Positions 1 to 7,667 of a stretch of DNA of 64,000 bases are shown piece after piece. Source of the DNA: Desulfomicrobium sp. (GTDB lineage: Bacteria; Desulfobacterota; Desulfovibrionia; Desulfovibrionales; Desulfomicrobiaceae); NCBI GenBank assembly GCA_040768745.1, contig JAXGMI010000002.1:416001-480000 (forward strand). Reading direction: 5' to 3'. Within the stretch, counting starts at the first letter, position 1, and each line of letters begins with the position of its first letter. The notes beneath the pieces are model-generated. The model was given only the letters and a program-made list of their open reading frames with translations, made no database searches and was not told the origin of the DNA. The position numbers and the translations under genes are program-made.

Positions 1-25
1 CAGCCTTGAATTCTGCCTTGTTCAT
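1..25 (-). CDS. 5' end of an ORF running out of the window (MNKAEFKA...), possibly a small DNA-binding protein
   Basis: ATG at 25-23, just downstream of the stop of the 28..294 ORF and in the same orientation; only 8 codons visible. Confidence 0.3.
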
Positions 26-27
26 CT

Positions 28-294
28 TCAGTTCCTTGGGGCCTCGCCCCGGTTGATATTGCCTAAAATTTGCCTCGCCTGCCACAGTAAGGCGTTCAAT
101 GCCTTGCGCCTGGCGATGGCCTCCCGCGTGAAATTGCCGTGCGTGTAGCGCCCGTGTGCGGCTCCAGACAGGCTTGCCCCGCCGTGCATCCGGCAACGTC
201 CGTTCGGCATCGCAGGGGCCTTGCAGGGCGCTCCCGTGCGTGTCCTAGCGCCGCACCGCTTGCATGTACGCAAGGGGTAATCAGTTCCGGCCAC
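28..294 (-). CDS. HGGxSTG-domain protein (phage/integrative element associated)
   Basis: Motif CGARTRTGAPCKAPAMPNGRCRMHGGAS; overlaps the end of the upstream ORF. Confidence 0.8.
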   Translation of the reverse strand: MAGTDYPLRTCKRCGARTRTGAPCKAPAMPNGRCRMHGGASLSGAAHGRYTHGNFTREAIARRKALNALLWQARQILGNINRGEAPRN

Positions 295-880
295 TGTCGC
301 CCCCTCCCCCCACCGGGGCCTGGGTCACAGCGCCAACGATGGCTTGCCCTCCGGCCTCCACGGTGACGTGCTCCACGGTGACGTGCTGCCGTCCGCCCGT
401 GCGCAGCTTCGCCAGGGCCTCGATTTGCCGGACCTGTAGCCCCTGGAATTGACACGCCAGGGCCATGTACTTGCGGCGGGCGTCGGGGTTGTTCTCGGTG
501 TTCGATCCGATGCCAAGACACAGGGAGGACGCCGCGTCCGTGGCGATGAGCTGTTGAATCAGCAGGTGTTCAAGGGCGTTCTGCGGGGCCAGCTCCACCA
601 GCAGGCGCAAGGCTATGTTGCGTTGCCTGTCTCCGGCTTCATCCGTGTACGGGTTCGCCGCTGTCGCCGCGTGTACTGCCCCCTGGAGCACAAGCCCGTG
701 GTCGGTGTGTAGCGTGTCCTTCATCGCCTCCAACTGCTCGGGCGTGATGTCGAGTCGCCCATTGCCCTTGAAGGTCGGGACCATCACGGCGCGTTTCTCC
801 CTCTCGGTCTGGACGGCGGGCACGTTTCGCTGTTTCGCCGCTGTTTTTACAGCGGGAAGGTTCTGCTGTTTCCTAGCCAT
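281..880 (-). CDS. Hypothetical mobile-element protein, typical partner of HGGxSTG proteins
   Basis: 199 aa ORF with LAPQNALEHLLIQQL and C-terminal LAKLRTGGRQHVTVEHVTVEAGGQAIVGAV; GGAGG upstream. Confidence 0.7.
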   Translation of the reverse strand: MARKQQNLPAVKTAAKQRNVPAVQTEREKRAVMVPTFKGNGRLDITPEQLEAMKDTLHTDHGLVLQGAVHAATAANPYTDEAGDRQRNIALRLLVELAPQNALEHLLIQQLIATDAASSLCLGIGSNTENNPDARRKYMALACQFQGLQVRQIEALAKLRTGGRQHVTVEHVTVEAGGQAIVGAVTQAPVGGGGDSGRN

Positions 881-998
881 TATCGCCCACCTCCAGGTTG
901 ATGTCCGGCCACTCGAACTCTTTCAGCTCGGGCAACTCGAACTCCACCGGCTTCAAAGCCTCGTCCATGTCCAGTTCTGACCAGCCGTCCGCGTTCAT
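873..998 (-). CDS. 41-aa acidic small protein (not in ORF track)
   Basis: MNADGWSELDMDEALKPVEFELPELKEFEWPDINLEVGDNG*; ATG overlaps the upstream TGA (ATGA at 998-995) and its end overlaps the start of the next gene. Confidence 0.55.
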   Translation of the reverse strand: MNADGWSELDMDEALKPVEFELPELKEFEWPDINLEVGDNG

Positions 999-1197
999 GC
1001 TCCAGCCTCCAGCAGCACCTTAATTGGGCGCGGCTCGTACACTCTCACGCCGATGCACTCCCACTGCGCAATGAATTGTGTGCCGCAGTCGGTGCACCTG
1101 TAGCGTTGCGTCTGGAGTGTTTCGCAAACAGTAAACGCACCGTGCAGCTTGAGCGTTTTGTCTCCCCGCACCGTGGGCATGGTATTCTTTTGACCAT
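995..1197 (-). pseudogene. Ogr/Delta-like zinc-ribbon protein with a single frameshift
   Basis: GGAGG RBS, then MVKRIPCPRCGETKR; the -1 frame continues LKLHGAFTVCETLQTQRYRCTDCGTQFIAQWEC...; joined product has CxxC...RYRCxxCG..F. Confidence 0.55.
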
Positions 1198-1294
1198 TTC
1201 GAACCTCCGTTTGTGCAGGACCATACCTCGTCAAAATATCTGCACAAGAAAACCAAGTGCATCTTTCGTTTTGCTGCACTCCAGCCATGAAATG

Positions 1295-1315
1295 AAAAAG
1301 CCCGCTTGTGCGGGC
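1295..1315 (-). terminator. Intrinsic terminator-like hairpin
   Basis: GCCCGC-acaa-GCGGGC followed by TTTTT on the minus strand. Confidence 0.55.
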
Positions 1316-1846
1316 CTTGGGGTAAACTTGGGGTGATTTTGTGGTAGTCCGGTCTTGCCGTGATCGTGCCGTACCTTGATGTGATCTTGACCTAGTTTTG
1401 CTGTAATCTTGTTGCGGTTCATCCCCGCGCGTAGTGTTCACGCCCCATGGCGACACAAGTTTTCCCTAGTAGTTGTCTCGCCGCGCGCTGGCAGGATGAT
1501 TCATTCAAAACTGAAGTTTTCTGAAGTCAACATTTGTCAACGTCCACTCCCGCGCGCGTAGGTGTCCCGAAACTTCGCCCTTTTTATAGGTGTCGCTTCG
1601 CTGTCTCTCGCGCGTGCGCGTGTAGGTGTCAGTTCGTTGTCAGTCCCACCAGGTTGCGCCGAAGAAATGTACCTCAATTTCGGTCATGCGGAAAAAATGG
1701 AGCCCATGACGGTTTTGCCGTATGAGTTCCAGACATTTGCTCCCCCCTCGCGCGCGAGCGCGTACTGCGCGAAAAGTCCTCGCGCGCGTAGTCGTCACGC
1801 ACTCCGGGCAATCCCGCTGCCCTTTAGGTGTCACCACGGTGTAACC
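1316..1846. repeat. Non-coding region of short direct repeats (TAGGTGTC x4, CGCGCG tracts, 10-11 bp phased pairs)
   Basis: TAGGTGTC at 1559, 1587, 1623, 1825; phased pairs CTTGGGGT 1316/1327, CTGAAGT 1511/1521, GTCAAC 1526/1536, TGTCAGT 1627/1638, GGTGT(C/A)ACC 1827/1838. Confidence 0.6.
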
Positions 1847-1987
1847 GCGCCCACACAATAGCCCTATTTCGTAAAAACGCGCCGTGTAGCACAGAGTTCC
1901 ACGCGATTCTTGATATTTTTTTTATGCTTTGACATATTTCCCCTGAAAAGAGGGAGTTTCCTTTCAACTCTTGCCAAGGAAGACGTC

Positions 1988-2668
1988 ATGTCAAATGCTA
2001 TTTGGATCATTGTCTATGACCTTAAAAATGCCAGAAAAGATGAATATCTTCGTTGGTTTCATGATGTTCATATCCCGGAAAAACTGGCCCGGCCGGGTTA
2101 TACTTGGGCTGCTCACTACCAAGTTTTGCGCGATGATGATGAAACACCCTCCAACAATGGGCATATAGGCTGCATTGCCTTGTTCGGCGGACAATCCACC
2201 AGCGTTTTCTACAATCCTAGCCCGGCCCAAATAAAGCCCACCCAGTCAGAGGAAACGAGGGATATGATGACCTGTCGGATGAACTCACAAAGTTTGATTT
2301 TATCCGAGGAATGGACGTCCCAAGGGCAGGTCATCGGCGATGGTATCAACCCCGCCATTAGCGCTGATATCATTTCCCTGGCGCTCTGCAATGCTGCCGG
2401 AAATGATGAGGATTTTGGTGCCTGGCTGGTTCAGGAGCATCTGAAATCAGCCGGCCAAGTCCCAGGTACAATCCGTGTACGAAAGTTTCTCGCCTCCACT
2501 GGCGGTGCCAAGCATGCAGTTATCCATGAGCGCGAAAACGTGTCGGCATCTCCAATGGCATTTACCAGGGGCGAAAACGGCGAGTGGAACGCACGGGTCG
2601 AGACGTATGTATCCTATCCTTTAGGTCAGCCGAAGACAGCCACCCTCTTGTGGCCCGTCCCGTCTTAA
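1988..2668 (+). CDS. Hypothetical protein, EthD/DUF4286-like dimeric alpha-beta barrel, apparently two repeated domains
   Basis: EYLRWFHDVHIPEKLARPG and a second copy EDFGAWLVQEHLKSAGQVPG; AAGGAAG upstream of ATG 1988. Confidence 0.55.
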   Translation: MSNAIWIIVYDLKNARKDEYLRWFHDVHIPEKLARPGYTWAAHYQVLRDDDETPSNNGHIGCIALFGGQSTSVFYNPSPAQIKPTQSEETRDMMTCRMNSQSLILSEEWTSQGQVIGDGINPAISADIISLALCNAAGNDEDFGAWLVQEHLKSAGQVPGTIRVRKFLASTGGAKHAVIHERENVSASPMAFTRGENGEWNARVETYVSYPLGQPKTATLLWPVPS

Positions 2669-2779
2669 ACGGAATCGGTCCACAATGAGTCCAGGAACCA
2701 GCATAATGAAAAATTATGATTTGAGTTGGACAATGTGGCCTGCCGAGATATTTCATTGGTGGTTACTCAAGATTCAAGG

Positions 2780-3622
2780 CCGGTGCCCCTTGCCTCGCAC
2801 CGGCTTCATCATCAAGCACAATCTGCGCAGGGAACCGGTGACCGGCTGGCTCGCCACTGCCAAGGAGCACGCGCCGAAAGTAGAGAATTTCACAACGTCC
2901 CGAGAAAAAGGCCGGATCTACCGGGGCTTCGTGATGCGTGAGATCGGCAAGAAGAAAAGGGCGGTCCGCCAGATTTTCGAGGTCACGGAAGTGTTGAGCA
3001 AGGACGGTGTGTTCATGATGATTCCAGAGGTCCGCGTCTGCGTTTTGTGGACCAACCTGGAATTTGATGCCGACCAGGCTTTGAAGCTGTATCGCAAGCG
3101 GGGCACCAGCGAGCAGCATCACGGGGAATTCAAGACCGAGATGGACATGGAGCGCCTGCCGTCGGGCAAGTTTGCCGTGAACGCAACCTTTCTGCGCTTG
3201 GGCATGCTGGTGTACAACATGCTTCGGGTAGCCTCCGTGGACTTGGTTGTGGCTCGAATGCTGGGGCTGAAAAAAGCCAACCGTCGCAGAACCAAGACGG
3301 TCATGCGGAGCATGATGAGCATTTGCGCTCGGATCACCCGCCATGCACGCAAGGTAATCCTGCATGTCTCCTGCCCGGAGCCATGGTTCAAGGTGGTCTC
3401 TGACCTGTTCTATCGTCTCAAGACGGCGTAACGAGATGGTCATTAGGCTGCATTCCTAGGAGTAGTGCGCCTGAAAACTGCAAAAAGTCGGTTCTCGGAG
3501 CTTGCGAAGCGACAATTGTCCTTCAGTTGAAAATTTTCAGGTCGAAAGTCGCCTGGATTTCCGAAAAATATGGTTGAAATTTCGAGCCAACAACGTTGGC
3601 AACACTTATTCACGGATTCAGG
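2780..3622 (+). mobile_element. IS1380-family element remnant (5'-truncated transposase, stop at 3431)
   Basis: WTNL...LYRKRGTSEQHHGEFKTEMDMERLPSGKFAVNA...YNMLR; probable right end ...TTATTCACGGATTCAGG at 3606-3622. Confidence 0.8.
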
Positions 3623-3657
3623 TTCAAACTTCAATTAAACTCAATCCTACCAACCCT

Positions 3658-3737
3658 GTGCCCGAACCTTCCACCGCGTTTATGCTTGGCGTGGCGCTGT
3701 TGGCCTTGCCGGATTCCGTAGAGTGCGCCGAAACTAA
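3658..3737 (+). pseudogene. PEP-CTERM sorting-signal remnant
   Basis: VPEPSTAFMLGVAL then frameshift to VGLAGFRRVRRN*; upstream part cut off at the IS end. Confidence 0.7.
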
Positions 3738-3765
3738 CCGTCTTTACTCTAGGTAGAAGCCCCCT

Positions 3766-3798
3766 AAGCCCTTGGCAATCGCTGAGGGCTTTTTGTTT
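3766..3798 (+). terminator. Intrinsic terminator of the former PEP-CTERM gene
   Basis: AAGCCCTTGGC-aatc-GCTGAGGGCTT followed by a T-rich tract. Confidence 0.6.
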
Positions 3799-3927
3799 GT
3801 GCCCTCGTCAGAACAGGGCTTCCATGGCCGCATCAATGGGTGTGTAGATCCACTCGCGGTTATGGTGTTGACCGCCAGGATGCCGTATATTCCCACCTTG
3901 GTCTAAAACCCTTCCGAATCAGTCCCT

Positions 3928-4093
3928 GGCATCCTGGCCTGGTACGACCATCCCATATCCTCCGGGCCCATGGAAGGAACCAACAACAAAATAAAGACGC
4001 TCAAAAGGCAGGCGACGGCTACCGGGATCAGGAGTTCTTCAAACTCAGGATTCTGGGAATTGACGAGGCAAGTACGCTTTAACCGGATGAGCC
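3928..4093 (+). mobile_element. ISL3-family transposase C-terminal remnant with right end
   Basis: GILAWYDHPISSGPMEGTNNKIKTLKRQA / GYRDQEFFKLRIL with frameshifts; ends in ...GGATGAGCC (reverse complement GGCTC...). Confidence 0.8.
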
Positions 4094-4130
4094 AAAAAAA
4101 GCCCTTTCAAAACCAGGGTTCTGAAAGGGC
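4094..4130 (-). terminator. Intrinsic terminator of ackA
   Basis: GCCCTTTCA...TGAAAGGGC stem with A7 on the + strand (U-tract on minus). Confidence 0.7.
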
Positions 4131-4151
4131 GCAAAAAGGGAAGGGTCAACC

Positions 4152-5357
4152 CTATTTCAATACGCCCAGGGTCGCCCGGGCAATGGCCAGTTCCTCGTTG
4201 GTGGGGATGACGAGAATGGAGACCTTGCTTTGATCGGCATGCACGGCAGTGGCCGATTTTTTGCGGCCGGCATTGCGCTTCTGATCGATCTGAATACCCA
4301 GGTGTTCAAGGTCGGCGCAAATGCGGGACCTGGTCACATCATCGTTTTCACCGATACCGGCCGTGAAGACCAGGGCGTCCAGCGGACCGGTCACGGCATA
4401 GAAGGCCCCGATGAATTTCTTGATCTGGTACACAAACATGTCCAGGGCCAGGGCCGCCCTCTTGTCCCCCTTGGCCACAGCGGCATGGATGTCGCGCATG
4501 TCGTTCATGCCGCAAATGCCTTTGAGGCCGCTCTGCTTGTTCAGAACGGCATCGACCTGCTCCATGCTCCACTTCTTTTCCTTCATCAGGAACGGCAGAA
4601 TGGCCGGGTCGATGTCGCCGCTGCGGGTACCCATCATCACCCCGGACAGGGGGGTCAATCCCATGGAGGTGTCGATGCACTTTCCTCCACGTACCGCAGC
4701 CATGCTGCATCCGTTGCCCAGATGCAGGGTGATCAGGTTGACTTCGTTGAGTGACTTGCCGAGCAGGCCTGCCGCCTGCTCGGTCACATAGCGGTGCGAG
4801 GTGCCATGAAACCCGTACCGGCGGATCTTCAGTTCCGTGTAGAGTTCATACGGAATGGCGTACGTGAATGCGTGCGGAGGCATGGTCTGATGAAATTCCG
4901 TATCGAAAACGGCAACCTGTGGCACTCCGGCGAACAGTTCGCGGGCCACTTCAATCCCAACCAGGTTGGCCGGGTTGTGCAGCGGAGAAAGGGGGCAGTT
5001 GGCGCGGATCTTCGCCACCACATCGTCATCGATGAGAACGCTGGTGAACAGAGTCTCCCCGCCCTGGACCACACGATGGCCGATGGCGTCGATTTCGGAG
5101 GTCGAGGCGATGACGCCTGTGTCCTGTCCCGCGACCAGGTCCACCACGGTGTGCATGGCCGCGTGGTGGTTGGGGAATGGCATTTCCCGCTCCACTTCCG
5201 CCTGCTTGGCCTCGCCGGGCCAGTTCTTCTGGGTCAGCTTGCCGGTGGGTTCACCGATGCGCTCCACCAGACCGGTGGCCATGACCGAGCCGCTCTCCAT
5301 GTCCAGCAGCTGATATTTGAGGGAGGAACTCCCGGAATTGATGACAAAGATTTTCAT
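4152..5357 (-). CDS. ackA: Acetate kinase
   Basis: INSGSSSLKY, GHRVVQGG, RRYGFHGTSH, HLGNGCS, FTAGIGEN, IPTNEE. Confidence 0.97.
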   Translation of the reverse strand: MKIFVINSGSSSLKYQLLDMESGSVMATGLVERIGEPTGKLTQKNWPGEAKQAEVEREMPFPNHHAAMHTVVDLVAGQDTGVIASTSEIDAIGHRVVQGGETLFTSVLIDDDVVAKIRANCPLSPLHNPANLVGIEVARELFAGVPQVAVFDTEFHQTMPPHAFTYAIPYELYTELKIRRYGFHGTSHRYVTEQAAGLLGKSLNEVNLITLHLGNGCSMAAVRGGKCIDTSMGLTPLSGVMMGTRSGDIDPAILPFLMKEKKWSMEQVDAVLNKQSGLKGICGMNDMRDIHAAVAKGDKRAALALDMFVYQIKKFIGAFYAVTGPLDALVFTAGIGENDDVTRSRICADLEHLGIQIDQKRNAGRKKSATAVHADQSKVSILVIPTNEELAIARATLGVLK

Positions 5358-5367
5358 GCTATCCTCT

Positions 5368-7470
5368 CTATATTAATCCTTTTTCTGCCTGGGCCTGGAT
5401 GGCCGTGATGGCTACGGTGTTGACGATGTCGGGTACGGTGCAGCCGCGGCTCAGATCGTTGACTGGCTTGTTCAGTCCCTGCAGGACCGGGCCGATGGCC
5501 ACGGCGTTGGCGGCGCGCTGGACCGCCTTGTAGGTGTTGTTGCCGGTGTTCAGGTCCGGAAAGATAAACACGGTGGCCCGACCGGCGACCTGACTGCCCG
5601 GAAGCTTCTTGGCGCCCACGTCGGGATCGATGGCCGCGTCGTACTGCAACGGCCCTTCCAGCAGGAGACCCGGAACCTTCTCGCGGGCGATGCGGGTGGC
5701 CTCGATGACCACGTCCACATCGCCGCCGGCACCGGAGTCACCGGTGGAATAGGACAACATGGCGATACGTGGCTCAACGCCGAAGATGCGGGCAGTTTCG
5801 GCTGAACTGATGGCGATCTCAGCAAGTTGCTGCGCGGTGGGGTTCGGATTGACGGCGCAGTCGCCGAAGACCAGGACGCGGTCCTTGAGACACATCAGGA
5901 AGACACTGGACACGATGGATGCGCCGGGCTTGGTCTTGATGATCTGGAAGGCAGGGCGGATGGTGTGCGCTGTGGTGTTGATAGCCCCGGAAACCATGCC
6001 ATCTGCCTGGTTCTTGAAGACCATCATGGTCCCGAAATAGGTCGGGTCGACCATGGTGTCGCGGGCCACTTCCTTGGATACTCCCTTTTTCTTCCGGAGC
6101 TCGAAGAATGTTTCGACATATTCGGCAAAGTCAGGCGACTTGGCGGGATCCACGATATTCACCCCGGAAAGATTGAGACCCATCTGCGAGGTCATGGAGC
6201 TGATGGCCCGCGGGTCCCCGAGAACGGTCAGATCGACGACGCCCCGGCGGAGCAGGATGTCGGCCGCGCGCAGAATGCGCTCATCGTTCCCTTCGGGCAG
6301 GACGATATGCTGCCTGTGTTTTTTGGCTTTTTCGATGAGACTGTATTCGAACATCTGCGGAGTGACCTTGGTCGACTTGCGGGTGTTCAGACGCTGGCGC
6401 AGTTCATCCGTGTCCACGCTCTCTTCAAACACGCCCAGAGCCGAGGCTATCTTCTTCTGGTCTCCGGGTTCGATCTTGCCGTACATGTTGTAGAGACGGC
6501 GTGCTGTCTGGAATGTGGCCTCCTTGCCCAGCAGCACAGGCAGGGGTACACCGGTCCACCCGTCGATGAGGCGGGCCACGCTCTTGCCCGGGGATATGCC
6601 TCCGGTCAACAGAATGCCGGCAATGTCCGGAAAGGACGAGGATTGCCGGGAAGCAAGACTGGTGACGATGACATCCGAACGGTCACCAGGTGAGACCACC
6701 AGGCTGCCTTGTTCAATGTAGTTCAGAAAATTTTCGATCTGCATGGCCGCCACGACGATGTCATCTACCTGGGCGCCGAGACCGTCCTTGCCATAGAGCA
6801 CCTCAGCACCTACCCACTTCATGACGTCGGCCATGGTAGGCTTGCCCAAGATGGCCACCTCAGGAATGATGTACAGCAGGAGATCGGGCTTGTTCAGGGT
6901 CTTCTTGAGAGCCACGCGCAAGGCATTGCGATCGGCGACATCGGTGCGATTGACCACGACGCCCATTATGTCCACAGCCTTGTCGGCGATGGATTCCACG
7001 GCCAGTTTGGTGGAGCTGATGATCTCGTGTTCGGTCTTCTGGCAGGCATTGGAAATCATCAGCAGCGGGCTGCCCAGATTGGCGGCGATGTCGGCGTTGA
7101 TGTCGAACTCAAAGGCCGGACTGGTTCCCTCGAAATCCGTCCCTTCCAACAGAATGAAATCGCATTTGGACTCCAGTTCCTTGTACTTATTCATGACCTT
7201 TTCAATGAGAAGGGAATGCTGGCCCGCGTTGACCAGTTCCTTGGCCTGGCGCATGGTCAAGGCATAGGTTTCGTGGTACTGGAGCCCCAGATAGAACTGG
7301 GACAGGACCAGATCAATATCGTGGTCCTTGCGATCCGTATCGTCGCTGATGATCGGTCTGAAAAAACCGACCCGGCGGATGTCCCGCAGAAGCATCTGCA
7401 TGACACCCAAGGTGATTGCGGATTTTCCGCTCCGGGATTCCGTCGCCGTGATGTAGAGATTGTTGGCCAT
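5368..7470 (-). CDS. pta: Phosphate acetyltransferase (long form with BioD-like and DRTGG domains)
   Basis: N-terminal SGKS, PGDRSD; C-terminal FPDLNTGNNTYKAVQR, GPVLQGLNKPVNDLSRG; start set at MANNLY. Confidence 0.96.
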   Translation of the reverse strand: MANNLYITATESRSGKSAITLGVMQMLLRDIRRVGFFRPIISDDTDRKDHDIDLVLSQFYLGLQYHETYALTMRQAKELVNAGQHSLLIEKVMNKYKELESKCDFILLEGTDFEGTSPAFEFDINADIAANLGSPLLMISNACQKTEHEIISSTKLAVESIADKAVDIMGVVVNRTDVADRNALRVALKKTLNKPDLLLYIIPEVAILGKPTMADVMKWVGAEVLYGKDGLGAQVDDIVVAAMQIENFLNYIEQGSLVVSPGDRSDVIVTSLASRQSSSFPDIAGILLTGGISPGKSVARLIDGWTGVPLPVLLGKEATFQTARRLYNMYGKIEPGDQKKIASALGVFEESVDTDELRQRLNTRKSTKVTPQMFEYSLIEKAKKHRQHIVLPEGNDERILRAADILLRRGVVDLTVLGDPRAISSMTSQMGLNLSGVNIVDPAKSPDFAEYVETFFELRKKKGVSKEVARDTMVDPTYFGTMMVFKNQADGMVSGAINTTAHTIRPAFQIIKTKPGASIVSSVFLMCLKDRVLVFGDCAVNPNPTAQQLAEIAISSAETARIFGVEPRIAMLSYSTGDSGAGGDVDVVIEATRIAREKVPGLLLEGPLQYDAAIDPDVGAKKLPGSQVAGRATVFIFPDLNTGNNTYKAVQRAANAVAIGPVLQGLNKPVNDLSRGCTVPDIVNTVAITAIQAQAEKGLI

Positions 7471-7619
7471 TGTGTTTCCTTCATCTGCCGGTGAAGACTC
7501 CGACATGTCCCCCAAGGTTCACGGTCGAGCCACCTGGTTGGTTCATAACACGCTCAAAACTGCCCAAAAAGACCCATCATTTTATTTATTGTAGACGATT
7601 CACGCGCGTTCTTCCAATG

Positions 7620-7661
7620 AAAAAACGTCGGCGGACCGAAAGACCGATATCCGCCGACGTC
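7620..7661 (-). terminator. Intrinsic terminator between the Fe-S subunit gene and pta
   Basis: ACGTCGGCGGA...TCCGCCGACGT 11-bp stem with A6 on the + strand. Confidence 0.7.
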
Positions 7662-7667
7662 AATGCA

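Noticed and set aside
356..387. Tandem repeat CTCCACGGTGACGTG x2
   Set aside because: Coding repeat (HVTVE twice) inside the 199-aa gene
1640..1858. 72-aa ORF with CG...CPEC
   Set aside because: No RBS seen, TTG start, and it translates the repeat tracts; probably spurious
1316..1900. Possible CRISPR array
   Set aside because: Repeats are 6-10 bp, differ from each other and lack regular spacers; no cas genes
2685..2779. N-terminus of the 248-aa transposase ORF
   Set aside because: Not transposase-like; read-through from foreign DNA into a truncated gene
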